IMG/VR virus record: IMGVR_UViG_3300045116_000678
Location: 1-64,000 of that record
DNA: 64,000 nt
Source: a virus
Reading direction: 5' to 3' (one strand)
Made by a program: the position numbers and the translations under genes. The notes beneath the pieces were generated by a model, which did not search any database, was not told where the DNA came from, and saw nothing but the letters and a program-made list of their open reading frames with translations. This document shows positions 8,686 through 19,046 of the stretch, piece by piece (position 1 is the first letter of the stretch; each line of letters begins with the position of its first letter).

Positions 8686-11600
8686 CTACTCGGCCAGTGC
8701 CGCTCGCGTGCGCGCGATGTCCTCCCGCATCTGGGCGCGCATCGCCTTTGGCGCGGTGTCCGCGATCCGCTCGTCCTTGGACTTGCGCATCTCCTTGACC
8801 CTGCGCATCACGTCAGGAATCTTGATGACCATCGGCTGTTCGGGGTTCTTGGCATTCCAGTCCGCCACAGCGTCGCGTGCCTTCTGCACCTTCCCCGGGT
8901 CGTTTTCAAAGATTCCCTGCGCCCACTCGGCGCGGATCTCCTGGGCACGCATGTTGTAGAACGCCTTCGCGGTCTGGTTGATGCTGTTCGTCTCCTGGAT
9001 GTTTGAAACGCTGGCAGGCTGGAAGCCGATCGACTTCAACGCAGCTTCGAGCATGTTGGTGTCGAGCACCTTGTAGCCCTTGGCGTCGCGGTACATGCCC
9101 GTCGCTGCCATGTCAGCGCCCTTTGCGGCATTGCGCACAGCCGCCGGTGAAATCTCCAGCAGGCCTGCGCCGACGTTGCCGGTCAGCAGATTTTTGCCGC
9201 CGGAGAGGATGCGGCTGGCAAAGTCACCGGCCGGGCCCGCGATCTCCAGGATGTCGCGCGCATGGCTCGTTTTCTCCTGCAGCAGGCCGGTGCCCGGGAT
9301 GAGGTTGCCCATGCCCAGGCGGCCGGAGACGTCCAGCGGCGCGCCGGGCAGGCCGCTGATGCCCTTGTCGATGAACGCCGCCAGGCCCTTCGGCATGACG
9401 CTTTCCAGCAGTTCCTTGCGCGCCTTCTTCGTCGAGAAGTTGTAGCCGAGCATCTGCGCCAAGCCGTCAGCTGCGTCTTCGAGGTCTTCCTCGAAGGGTA
9501 GGCCGCCCGCGCCGCCCATGAGCATCAGCATGCCCAGCGCCAGCAGAGTCGCGCGTTTGCCCTCGGGCCCGCCCTGCGTGTACATGCGGTGGAGCAGCTC
9601 CAGATAGGCGACGGAGTAGGTCTTGAAGGTCATGAGCGTGCCGCCGACGGCGCCGCGCCCCCACTCCATCTTGTTGGCCTTGCTGTACAGGAACTGCGTC
9701 TCGGTGATGGCCTTCCGCGCGAACCCGGCCGGATCGGCGATGCCCTGCTCCTTCGCCGTGCGGTACGCGGCGATGAACGTGATGCGGCGATTCACCTGCT
9801 CAGCAGCCCCGAAGACCTTGCCCCAGGCCAGGGACAGGCGCGACAGTGCGTTCTGCCCCATGGCCCGCAGATCGCCAACGCGCGTTCCGTCTCCCGACCG
9901 CAGCGAGCCCGCGCCGCGCGCCTGTGCCATGAGCTGGTGCACCTCCTGCGGTGCCACGACGCCTTCGGCCTCTGCGCGCTTCAGCGCGGCAGCGAGTTCG
10001 GGCTCCAGTCCCTTGCCGCGCGACGCCACATCCTTCGCCGCGCGCCCCATTTGAGCGGCGGCCGCCTTCGTGCCGCCGTACTGGCTCAGCCACGGGAAGG
10101 TGACCTGCACCGGCTGCAGCGCGTTGACGAGCGCCGATGCGATCGACCCGCCCAGGTACTGGGCGAACAGCAGCCCGCGGACGGCCTGGGCCTCTTCCTG
10201 AGGGTTCTTGACGTACTCCGCCAGGCGGACCGCCGCATCCTTCAGCTGCCCCTGCTCCTTCGGAATGGCGTTCACCGCTTCGCCCAGGTCGCCCATGTGC
10301 AGTCCGGCGGCCGTCTGCCGCGCGTTGCTGTAGACGAAGGCGGCCAGCACCCGCCCGACGTCCTCGCTGAAGCCCGCGATGCCCTTGCGATGGATCAGCC
10401 GACGCATCGCGCTGCGGTTGGTCTTCGTGAGCTTCAAGTACTCCTGGAAAGCCTGGTCTTGGGCATTGGAGCCTGTCGAGTCGAGGCCGAGTGCATTGCC
10501 GAAGAGCTCCAACGTCTCCGGTGTGACGCCGGCGAAGAGCTTGAAGGCCTCGTCGGACATCGTGCCTTGCGACACCGCCGCGGCGCCGAACTCTTCACGC
10601 ATGCGGGCCGCCATGGCATTCGCCTCCCGCGCAGTCTCGAAGGTGCTGAAGTACTGCCGATCGCCATTGGCGTCCACCACGTCGACCGTGTACCGTCCGA
10701 AGCGCGACAGCGGCGCGTAGCCGCGGCCCTGGAGATCGCGCACCTTGTCGGCACGCTCGATGATGCCGTTGGCCGTGTTCAGCAGCATGGTGGCGCGGTC
10801 GGGATTGTCACTGGCCATCTGCACCAGGTGGTCGCGCAGCAGGAGCGCCGCCTCCTGCACGTCGGGCGCGTCCATGACGACTTCGCGCAGGCCCTTCGCG
10901 TCATCGCCTGCGAAGCGAAGCATGTCCGCCCGCGCCATGGTGTCAAGGCTGCGATCGGTCGACGCGCGGAACTCGCGGTAAAGCGAGATCTGCTCGGGCG
11001 TCAGGTTGAACTGGGACCGTAGCTCGTCGTCCGACCACACCACCCCGGGCTGCAGCATGCGCGACTCGTACCGGCTGTTGATGGCCTTCTCGTAGCTCTC
11101 GAGCGGCATACCCTGCCAGGCCCGGAGCATCCGCTCGTCGATCTGGCCATTGCGCAGCAGCCGCTGCGCCTTCTGCTCGGCCGTGTAGCCTGCGGCCGCA
11201 TCGATCAGCGATTGCACCGGTACTGCCTTGCCCTGTTCGTCCCTCGCCCATGTCAGCGTGCCCTCGAATACCGGCTTGGCGATGGCCTTGTTGTCGGCGG
11301 CAGCGACGGGCGACTTCTTGATGTCGCGCCAGGTTTCCAGCTTCGGCAGCAGCCGCGGCGCCAGCTCGGCGGCGTCGCTGGCATAGAAGCTCACATCGTC
11401 GACGAAGCCCTGCGCGGCGTCGAACACTCCCTTGAAGGCCGGCGACCGCTCCGCGAGGTTGTACATGGTGCCGACGGTCTTGTGCCACCACGACAGCTTG
11501 CCCGGCGCGCTGAAGGTCTTGTTGAGCTCCGCCGTTGCCCGCTGGGCGAAGTTCTTGACGGTTGAGCGGCTGAAGCGAGATTCAGGACCCATGTCAGTTT

Positions 11601-14600
11601 CGTCCGAGGGCTCGGCAGACGGCGCCGGCGCATTGCGAACGCTGCCGTCCGTTGCTACACTGGAGTTCTGCAAGCCCTTAGCGGAGCGGTATTCCCCAGG
11701 CAATTGGAGCCTGGTAGACCCGAGCCACTGAGGGCTTTGCTCTTTGTCAAGGTAGCGCAACTTGCCATCGTTTAGCCAGCGCTGAATGGCGCGCAGGTCG
11801 TCCTTCGGGTACAGGCTGGGCACGAAGTTGAAGGTCCGAGCGCCGCGCGTCTCCTCTGGGCTGATGGCCACCACCAACGGCTGGCCGCGCACCATCTCCG
11901 ACGTCACCGCCACATACCGGCCGGCCACCGAATCGGAGGCGAACACCATCACGGGCGACTCCAGCAGTTCGGGGATGCGCTTGAGCATCGACTTCGGGAC
12001 GCCGTGGTCGAACACCACCTTTGCGAGCACGGCGGGTGACGTGCGCAGTTCGCCGGCCGGGAGCCCCGCCGCCTGAAGTGCTGCCGAGGTATCGCCGATC
12101 GCCACCGGCCCACGTCCGGGCGCCTTGCCCGCCATGCCGTCGGCGATCGCCGCATCCACGGCCTCGTCGTAGCCCGCAGCTCGAGCGAACGCCGGTGCCG
12201 GCAGCGCGGTCCTGTTTGTGTGCGCCAGCCCGCGCTCGACATAGGCGCGCGCCGGCAGGATGAAGTTGCGCACGATCTCGTCATCGCTCATGCGCATGTT
12301 GCGGAAGCCCGGGACGTTTTCGCGCAACCAGCTGCGGATGGCAGCGATGGCCCGCCGCACGAAGTGCAGGTCGGGCGTGTTCTGCGCCATCTCGGCGAGC
12401 ACCTCCTCCGCAGCAATGCGCCGGTCCATGGCGGTCACGCCGCGCAGCCCGTATTCGGCGGCCTTGGCGTCGACCTCGGCGCGGCGCATGGTGGCGATCT
12501 GGTTGAGGATGTTGCCCAGGCCGGGCCCGAAGGTAGAGCGCAGGCCATGGTGTCCCAGTACCTCGTGGAACAACACGCGCGCGACGTCGTTCTCTGAGTG
12601 CAACTGCGACGAGATCAGGTACGCCTTGCCGCGGTAGTAGAAGCCCTCCGGGTCGCCTGCTGCGCCTCCGCTGCGCTGCTTCTGGTCGGCTCGGCGCACA
12701 GCCTCGGGAATCACCGGGTCGTTCATGTCGAACGCCACGACGACCTCCGGACCATTGGCCCAGGCGGAGCGGATCCTGTCGCTCGTACGGGTGACGGCCT
12801 GCACGGCCTGAGCAATCGCGGCTGGAGAGAAAGCCGGCGCCTCACCGCGTCGGAACATTGCGACGTTGCCGCCCTCCCCTTCGCGGGTCTGGATGGTCTG
12901 GACGAGACGCTCCATGGCGCGATTGATCGCTGCCCGTTCGACACCATGCGGGAACGGGCGCTTCACACCCCACGGGGTCAGGATGCCCGCGTTCTCCGGC
13001 CCGAAGTTCAGGAACGGGCTGCGGCCGCCCTGCGCGGCGATCTTGTCTTCTACGTATCCCTGGAAGGCGCGCGCCGCCATCTCGTGGGGCGTTGTCCAGT
13101 AGTCTTGGCCGCGACCCTGGTCGAGCTCCTTCGCATCCATGGCGAACTGCGTCGGCACCATGCGGGTCTTCTCGCTGTCCTGCTGGGCGTCCGCCAGCAT
13201 CTTGAGCCTGGCGCTGTACAGCTGCATCGCGCTGCGCAGCCGATCGAGCGGCCCGTTGTTGTCGGCGGAGAACCCCTGCCGCCCGCGCACCGCCTTCATG
13301 ATGGCGCTGATCTTCTCGAGCGCGTCATTCGTCCAGCGCATGCCCGCCAGGCGGCCGGCGCTGCCGGCTTTCGAGCCGAGCCGAAGATCGAGCGCAACAC
13401 CGTCCAGGATCTGCTGGGCCACCGTATCGAACTCGGCGAGCTGCTCGGTGCTGGCGGGCTTGTTGTGGCGCTTGTGGTAGCGCGCATCGAGCTCCTGCGC
13501 CAAGCCGCTGCGCACGCTGGCCAGACTCTGCTGGACTTCGCTCCGCGCACGGGCCACGAACTGGTCGGCCCGCGCCGTGTCTTCGACGTAGCCTTCCGCC
13601 TTCTTGGCGATCGTGCGCATCAGATCGGCATAAGCCTCTCGGACTTCGGCGCGCACGCCGGATCGCTCGCCGCGCAACCCGCCGCTCGCGGCGTCCTGTT
13701 CGAAGCTCGCGGAGGACTTGAGCGAGCGCGTTCCGTCCTTTTCCGTGACCCACTCGGCGGAGGCCTTGCCGTCCTGGCGGCCGAAGTAGTGGTCCATCGC
13801 ATGGAACCACTCGTGCGCCAGCGAGCCAGCGCCGTTCAGCTTCGTCAGGTTGATGACGGCCTTGGCGGGCTCGTAGTGCGCGCGAGCGCCGCTCAATCCC
13901 TGGCCGCGGGCACCGAAGGCTAGCGCGAGCTCGCCGTTCAGGCTGAGCGCGCGTGGCGGCACGCCCAGTACGTCTGCCAGGTCGAGCAGTCCATCGAAGG
14001 CGTCATTGAGCAACTGCTGCCGGTCGGCTTGGTTGTTCCAGTTGCCGAACTCCACGCCCCGGAAGCCGAAGGTGTCGATGAAGTCACCGTCCTTTACTTC
14101 ACCGGTCCGCCGCTGGGCGCCCTCGCGGCGCTGGTCCTGAGGGCGCGGCAAGTCGGCCTCGCCGAAGGTCGTGTTCGTCTCCACGATCTGCTGCGCGTGC
14201 TCAGCCATGTACCGCAGCGCCTCGTCGCGCGTGTCGAAGGTCCGGTCCACCACCTTCACGCGCTTGCGGTCGGTCACGTCGCGCCAAATCTCGTACTTGC
14301 CGCCGCCGGTAGGGATGGCCCGGTGCTTCAGCGAGACGGCGGCCAGGGGCACTGCGGCCTCCGCCTCCTCGCGCGTCGCGTAGGTGTCGCGAGCCACCTG
14401 TCGCGGCTGCTTGCGCCAATCCAGCGAGCGGCCGTCACGGATGACCCACCGGCCCTCCTCGCCCGGCTTGCTGCTACTCGCAATCTGCGAGATCTGGAAT
14501 CGGCGTGCCCACGTCGGCCGATCATCCTTCGGCGTGGCCGCTGCCTTCCGCTGGCCAGTCTTCTCCGCACGGTCCTTGCGGGCGCCGCCGATCTTCTCGC

Positions 14601-17130
14601 CAAAGTCTTCGATCTTGCCGCCGTCCGATTTGTCGGCCGTCTGTGCTACAGATTCCGTAGCATCAAGTCCCGGCTTGGCCGGCCGGGCGGGCTGCGTCGT
14701 GGGCTTCTTGAGCTGGTCCGACAGCGGCTTTTTGAAGCGACCCGAGGCCAACCCGGCCTTGAACTCCTCCACCGACATGGCAGTGACCGGGCCCACTTTC
14801 CAGCTGGCGTCGTAGCTGCCCTTGTACGCAGCGACCGCGTCCGCTTCGGTGTTGAAGCCGAAGAGCGCCTTCGCCTCGTCGTAGCTGCCGTCCGGGTTCA
14901 CTTGGTCGACCACGTAGACCGTGGGCGCGGTGGCGGCATGCGGGCCGACGAAGACGTCGACGTGGTCGCCGTCGGCTGCGAGGCTGCCCTTCACGTAGCC
15001 GTAGTGCGCCGCCATGGTGTTGGACCACTGACGGCCGTCGGGCGAGGTGCCGCTGCGCGTGCTGCCCTGCGGGTTTTCGATGCTGATGCGCAGACCCTGG
15101 ACGTCGGGCCCCGACAGGTGCCCGAGCTTGTAGTTGCCGGCCTCCTTCTGGGCCTGCGTGGGCTCGGGCCGCTCGTTCTGTGGGCTGGTGGCGGCTTCGT
15201 TCGCAGCCGCTGCGACCTGCTCGCCGGCGGCCTGGGGAATCTTCTCAACCGCAGCCCCGAAATCTTGCTGCTGCCCAATGACAGAGGCTGCCTGAGTGCC
15301 CTCCGGAATCTTCTCAACCGGAGGTGCAGCCACGGCCTGCGCGCGGCGCTGGCGCGCACGTGCGATGCCCTCCCGAAGGGTAGTCGGCGGCGACGCCGGT
15401 ACCGCGGGCGCGGGCGCGGGCGCGGGTGCGGGCGTCAACGCAGCGAGCTCCGCTTGCGCACGATCGCGCTCAGCGACGAGTCGGGCGTCCCAGCCATTCG
15501 CAGCAGCCTGCTGCCGCACAAACGAGAGGCGGCCCTGCAGCTCTGTTGCACGGTCCTGCGCCGCGTCGAACAGCTCGCCGGTCTCGGCATCCAATCCGCG
15601 CGTGGCGCCTACTGCTGCCGGGACCGGCGCCGGGGCCTTGGTTGCCGGCAGCTTCTTGCCCTTGGCGGCCGCCCGCTCGAGTTCGTCGGCCTGAGCCTGC
15701 GCTGCTGCTGTCGCCTGACGCGCCAGCAGGTCGGCATGTGCGCCGCCGTCGACGGCCTGCACTGCCGCTGCCGACAGCGTGCCGGCGTTCGGGTCGAGGC
15801 CCATCCGCTGCGACGGCAGTTCTCGCGCGGCGGTTCGGTCTGCTGCGGTCCGCGCAGTGCCGGCGGCGTCGACGTCGATCGTCGGTGCCGGCAGCGCCAG
15901 AAACGGCCCTTGCTCCTCCAGCCGAAGGTTGCCCGTGTCGATCTCGCGCCCAGGTTCGGCCGTCTCCACGAAGGGCAGACCGTCGGTAGGCGCCGCAGGC
16001 AGGGTCTGCAGCGGCGGCTGGCTGGCGGGATCGCGCGCATCGAAGGTGCGCTGGACGGCGCTAGGGTCGGCCGGCGGCAGCACGTCGCCCTCCGCTGCGG
16101 CCGCGGCCGGCGCAGCGGCGTCGGTGGGAACCAGCGACAGGCCGTCGCTCGGCTCGCTGGCAGCCGGGCCTACAGCAGGGTCTGCAGCTGGCGCTGCCGG
16201 CTCACGGGCACCGACACGATGCACGCCGGCGGCGCCGGCGCCCATGGTCGCGCCAGCCAGCACGCCCATCACAACGTTGTCGGCCAGGCCGTCGGTCCAG
16301 GGCTTGCCGAGCGCGAGGTTCTGCAGCACCTGCTCCGACACGCTCTGCGGCAGCTCTTCCAGCAGGCCTTCGCTGATGGCGCCCTCCACCATCTGGCGCG
16401 GCAGGCTCTTCGCCTCGGTGGCAATGGCCTGGCGCGTGAAGGCATCCTTCGCGCCCTGCGCAAGCATGGTTTCGGCATCGCCGATGCCCAGACGCTGCGC
16501 GATCCGGCCCGCCACCGCACCGAAGGCTCCCGTTGCCACACCAGTGGCCACCGCGGCGCCCGTTTGCGTCGGAGTCAGCAGACCATCCGGAGTTTCCTGG
16601 CGGATCTGCTCGGCCTGCGTGCCGGCCGCCGTGACGCCTTCGCCCGCCGCGCCAGCCAGTGCGGCTCCGCGCGCGCCCATGGCGCCCAGTCGCGTCGCCG
16701 TCATCAGGCCGCGCGCCGCGACACCGCCAGCGCCCATTGCGGGCAGCGACTCGCCGACGGCGGTGGCGATCAAGCTCGGGTTCTCGACGGCCGTGACCGC
16801 CTTGTCCACGATGCCGTCGGCCTCCTGGAACTTGCGCTGGGCAGCCTTCGTGGGTTCGGAGTACCAGTCGTTGGCGATGTCGCGTGCACGCTTCGGCTCG
16901 AACCCGACCTCCTCGAGCGCCTTGCCGGCGCGCCCGCCGGTGGCGATGTCGGCCAGGCCCACGACTGCTTCGGGAACGCCGACCGCGCCCTTCAGCGCGG
17001 TAACGCCGACGTCCCTCACGACATCCATGGCAGAACGGCTGGGCTCGGCTGGCTTGTCGAATTGGTCGAAGAAATTGCCAGACTTCTCTGACTTGGGAGG
17101 GTCGTACTGGTCGAAGAAGTTTTCTGCCAT
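8686..17130 (-). CDS. Giant polyvalent internal virion/ejection protein (InPase-like, LPD5, LPD1/metallopeptidase, MuF-C-like, PLxRFG domains)
   Basis: HYGYVKG..DGDHVDVF; IEDFGEKIGGARKD; GSLAHEWFHAMD; YWTTPHEMAARAF; LFHEVLGHHGL; GYAPLSRFG. Confidence 0.85.
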   Translation of the reverse strand: MAENFFDQYDPPKSEKSGNFFDQFDKPAEPSRSAMDVVRDVGVTALKGAVGVPEAVVGLADIATGGRAGKALEEVGFEPKRARDIANDWYSEPTKAAQRKFQEADGIVDKAVTAVENPSLIATAVGESLPAMGAGGVAARGLMTATRLGAMGARGAALAGAAGEGVTAAGTQAEQIRQETPDGLLTPTQTGAAVATGVATGAFGAVAGRIAQRLGIGDAETMLAQGAKDAFTRQAIATEAKSLPRQMVEGAISEGLLEELPQSVSEQVLQNLALGKPWTDGLADNVVMGVLAGATMGAGAAGVHRVGAREPAAPAADPAVGPAASEPSDGLSLVPTDAAAPAAAAAEGDVLPPADPSAVQRTFDARDPASQPPLQTLPAAPTDGLPFVETAEPGREIDTGNLRLEEQGPFLALPAPTIDVDAAGTARTAADRTAARELPSQRMGLDPNAGTLSAAAVQAVDGGAHADLLARQATAAAQAQADELERAAAKGKKLPATKAPAPVPAAVGATRGLDAETGELFDAAQDRATELQGRLSFVRQQAAANGWDARLVAERDRAQAELAALTPAPAPAPAPAVPASPPTTLREGIARARQRRAQAVAAPPVEKIPEGTQAASVIGQQQDFGAAVEKIPQAAGEQVAAAANEAATSPQNERPEPTQAQKEAGNYKLGHLSGPDVQGLRISIENPQGSTRSGTSPDGRQWSNTMAAHYGYVKGSLAADGDHVDVFVGPHAATAPTVYVVDQVNPDGSYDEAKALFGFNTEADAVAAYKGSYDASWKVGPVTAMSVEEFKAGLASGRFKKPLSDQLKKPTTQPARPAKPGLDATESVAQTADKSDGGKIEDFGEKIGGARKDRAEKTGQRKAAATPKDDRPTWARRFQISQIASSSKPGEEGRWVIRDGRSLDWRKQPRQVARDTYATREEAEAAVPLAAVSLKHRAIPTGGGKYEIWRDVTDRKRVKVVDRTFDTRDEALRYMAEHAQQIVETNTTFGEADLPRPQDQRREGAQRRTGEVKDGDFIDTFGFRGVEFGNWNNQADRQQLLNDAFDGLLDLADVLGVPPRALSLNGELALAFGARGQGLSGARAHYEPAKAVINLTKLNGAGSLAHEWFHAMDHYFGRQDGKASAEWVTEKDGTRSLKSSASFEQDAASGGLRGERSGVRAEVREAYADLMRTIAKKAEGYVEDTARADQFVARARSEVQQSLASVRSGLAQELDARYHKRHNKPASTEQLAEFDTVAQQILDGVALDLRLGSKAGSAGRLAGMRWTNDALEKISAIMKAVRGRQGFSADNNGPLDRLRSAMQLYSARLKMLADAQQDSEKTRMVPTQFAMDAKELDQGRGQDYWTTPHEMAARAFQGYVEDKIAAQGGRSPFLNFGPENAGILTPWGVKRPFPHGVERAAINRAMERLVQTIQTREGEGGNVAMFRRGEAPAFSPAAIAQAVQAVTRTSDRIRSAWANGPEVVVAFDMNDPVIPEAVRRADQKQRSGGAAGDPEGFYYRGKAYLISSQLHSENDVARVLFHEVLGHHGLRSTFGPGLGNILNQIATMRRAEVDAKAAEYGLRGVTAMDRRIAAEEVLAEMAQNTPDLHFVRRAIAAIRSWLRENVPGFRNMRMSDDEIVRNFILPARAYVERGLAHTNRTALPAPAFARAAGYDEAVDAAIADGMAGKAPGRGPVAIGDTSAALQAAGLPAGELRTSPAVLAKVVFDHGVPKSMLKRIPELLESPVMVFASDSVAGRYVAVTSEMVRGQPLVVAISPEETRGARTFNFVPSLYPKDDLRAIQRWLNDGKLRYLDKEQSPQWLGSTRLQLPGEYRSAKGLQNSSVATDGSVRNAPAPSAEPSDETDMGPESRFSRSTVKNFAQRATAELNKTFSAPGKLSWWHKTVGTMYNLAERSPAFKGVFDAAQGFVDDVSFYASDAAELAPRLLPKLETWRDIKKSPVAAADNKAIAKPVFEGTLTWARDEQGKAVPVQSLIDAAAGYTAEQKAQRLLRNGQIDERMLRAWQGMPLESYEKAINSRYESRMLQPGVVWSDDELRSQFNLTPEQISLYREFRASTDRSLDTMARADMLRFAGDDAKGLREVVMDAPDVQEAALLLRDHLVQMASDNPDRATMLLNTANGIIERADKVRDLQGRGYAPLSRFGRYTVDVVDANGDRQYFSTFETAREANAMAARMREEFGAAAVSQGTMSDEAFKLFAGVTPETLELFGNALGLDSTGSNAQDQAFQEYLKLTKTNRSAMRRLIHRKGIAGFSEDVGRVLAAFVYSNARQTAAGLHMGDLGEAVNAIPKEQGQLKDAAVRLAEYVKNPQEEAQAVRGLLFAQYLGGSIASALVNALQPVQVTFPWLSQYGGTKAAAAQMGRAAKDVASRGKGLEPELAAALKRAEAEGVVAPQEVHQLMAQARGAGSLRSGDGTRVGDLRAMGQNALSRLSLAWGKVFGAAEQVNRRITFIAAYRTAKEQGIADPAGFARKAITETQFLYSKANKMEWGRGAVGGTLMTFKTYSVAYLELLHRMYTQGGPEGKRATLLALGMLMLMGGAGGLPFEEDLEDAADGLAQMLGYNFSTKKARKELLESVMPKGLAAFIDKGISGLPGAPLDVSGRLGMGNLIPGTGLLQEKTSHARDILEIAGPAGDFASRILSGGKNLLTGNVGAGLLEISPAAVRNAAKGADMAATGMYRDAKGYKVLDTNMLEAALKSIGFQPASVSNIQETNSINQTAKAFYNMRAQEIRAEWAQGIFENDPGKVQKARDAVADWNAKNPEQPMVIKIPDVMRRVKEMRKSKDERIADTAPKAMRAQMREDIARTRAALAE

Positions 17131-17136
17131 CCCGCC

Positions 17137-17177
17137 AGTCTTCCGGCGGGGCGGCGGGAGGTCGAACCCTACAGGGG
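17137..17177 (-). promoter_or_regulatory. Late promoter copy 2
   Basis: Motif 17164-17177; -10 AAGACT 17137-17142; 6 nt to ATG 17130. Confidence 0.8.
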
Positions 17178-17214
17178 CGAAAACCCGGGCGACCGGGAAC
17201 CGGAGCCCGCGGCC

Positions 17215-18285
17215 TCAGACAACTCGCAGATGCCTCGTCGGGGTTGTGCCCGGCAACGGCAAGAGTGTCCGAAGGTCATCCTGATTCCATGCCAACAGCT
17301 GACTCAAATCGGCCAAAGTGAAGTGCAATTTATCGGTGAGCGTCGAAAGCATCCGATTGAAGTTGCCCGTCTGTTCACGCTCGATCGGCTCAGGCTCCAC
17401 TTGCCGGATGCCCAACTGCGACACGCGCACAAACAGACTTTTCTTCTGCGACTCGGTTATTGCGCCCACTGCCTCAGCTCGAAAAATTAGCGCCTGTATC
17501 GAGATCTTCCAGTAGCGTTTGAACGCCAGCAGGTCCTTAACTTGCACACGAGGTAGCTTCGCGAGCTGAGGAGCAAGCTCAGCGGCCGGAACAAGGAACT
17601 CACCGGCGAACTCGTCTGCCTCCTCTTCCATTTGCTCGTGCGGCTCTCGATGCATGACCAAGTGCGCCAGCTCGTGAGCGAGCGTGAAACGCCAGCGATC
17701 ACCAGGGACCTCAGCATTCATGAAGATCAGTGGAGGCATACCAGCCAGTCGCAGACTGGTCGCGTCGACAGTCTTATGGCCGAAATCGCAGGAAATGACC
17801 ACGACGCCCGCGCTCTCGACGAGCGCAGTCAAGTTTTGCACTGGACCATCCGGAAGATTCCAATAGGCGCGCAGCGCGCGTGCCACCTTAGATGCGCTGT
17901 ACCCGTAGTCGTCAACACTCCACGCCGGCAACGGTCTCTTGGGAAGAATTTCGACATGCGGCAGCATTCGCTTCGTTGCCAAGCGCATGAGGTTCACAAC
18001 GCTGTGGATACGCTTCCGATCGGCCGCAGCGATGGTGGCCCGCTTTCGGTAGAAATAAGCGCTCGACCCAAAGCCCAAGAGCTTTTCGTCCTGTTCGAAG
18101 AATTCTCGAGGGAAGCGCAATGCGCTCACGAGCCTAGACCCCGCGTCTTCGTCCAAGTCGCGCTTCATGCCGGCTTCAATCCGTGCTACCTGAGCTTGGC
18201 TCAGCCCGGCCTGCCGCGCTAGTTCCTCTTGGCTCAACCCTCGGTGTTCACGAGCAAGGGTCAGCATCTCGCCGACAATCAACAT
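17215..18285 (-). CDS. XRE-HTH plus ImmA/IrrE Zn-metallopeptidase fusion (RmrA-like antitoxin)
   Basis: N-terminal LSQEELARQAGLSQAQVARIEAG HTH; RFTLAHELAHLVMH and EEEADEFAGEFLVP. Confidence 0.85.
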   Translation of the reverse strand: MLIVGEMLTLAREHRGLSQEELARQAGLSQAQVARIEAGMKRDLDEDAGSRLVSALRFPREFFEQDEKLLGFGSSAYFYRKRATIAAADRKRIHSVVNLMRLATKRMLPHVEILPKRPLPAWSVDDYGYSASKVARALRAYWNLPDGPVQNLTALVESAGVVVISCDFGHKTVDATSLRLAGMPPLIFMNAEVPGDRWRFTLAHELAHLVMHREPHEQMEEEADEFAGEFLVPAAELAPQLAKLPRVQVKDLLAFKRYWKISIQALIFRAEAVGAITESQKKSLFVRVSQLGIRQVEPEPIEREQTGNFNRMLSTLTDKLHFTLADLSQLLAWNQDDLRTLLPLPGTTPTRHLRVV

Positions 18286-18894
18286 TTAATCCGTCTTTCC
18301 TGGGAATCGAATGACCTCCCCGCCAGTCTGGCGAGGTTCGATTTCTGCCGGTTCCACTTCGTCAGCACCACCGCCGCTGGCTGGGAACAGGTCTGCAAGC
18401 ACAGTCGCAGAACCTCGGTGCGAGATCGAGATCGCCCAAGCATTTCCTTCACCCGCCGGGCAAGTCACCCGCACATCGACCACGTCGATGCCGAGGCTGT
18501 CTACAACGTACCCCAATTCCAGGTGGTGGGCGGCATCTATGCCGTCAAGCTCGATCTGTCCCCGAAACTCAGTGACCTGCACGGTGGGCTGGTTCTTGGA
18601 GCGATTGTCTTCATCGAACTTCTTAAATCGGATTGCGTAGCGGCCATCAAACACCAGGCCATGCATCAAGTTGCGCTTGAAGTAGCGGACGCCGGGAGTC
18701 GAGTCTGCATATGCGGACGCGCGGGTCAAGAAGCAATCGTGGACCAAAGATGCTCTGCTCCTTGCACTCATGGTGACCTGGAAGAAACTGGGCAAGCCCT
18801 GAACGTCGCCCCATGCCCCTCGAACCATGTCGTCGAGTGCGTGGAAATGCGACTGCAAGTCTTCGGTGGCGCGGTCCTGGTCAACGATCGACAT
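18286..18894 (-). CDS. Putative toxin partner of the XRE-IrrE protein (RmrT-like)
   Basis: ATG 18894 with GAGGA SD; abuts the XRE-IrrE gene; RFKKFD..N..T.Q...F..Q motif. Confidence 0.6.
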   Translation of the reverse strand: MSIVDQDRATEDLQSHFHALDDMVRGAWGDVQGLPSFFQVTMSARSRASLVHDCFLTRASAYADSTPGVRYFKRNLMHGLVFDGRYAIRFKKFDEDNRSKNQPTVQVTEFRGQIELDGIDAAHHLELGYVVDSLGIDVVDVRVTCPAGEGNAWAISISHRGSATVLADLFPASGGGADEVEPAEIEPRQTGGEVIRFPGKTD

Positions 18895-19046
18895 ATGGGG
18901 ATCCTCTGGAAGGGGTTGGCTCGATCGTACACCCGATTTAATTTTGTATGAAAAATATTCACAAAATAATTCGGTACCCCTTAGCCCCCCGGCAGCCTCG
19001 AGTCTTGTAACCCTGCTACATTTCGTTGCAACAAACCGGAGCGAGC

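Noticed and set aside
15236-15320. 16-bp direct repeat GGAATCTTCTCAACCG in the giant gene
   Set aside because: It encodes a short VEKIP peptide repeat; no sign of a mobile element.
14029-17284. Long + strand ORFs (1020 aa, 501 aa and similar) opposite the structural genes
   Set aside because: Shadow ORFs expected from high-GC codon bias; Arg/Ala-rich with no motifs.
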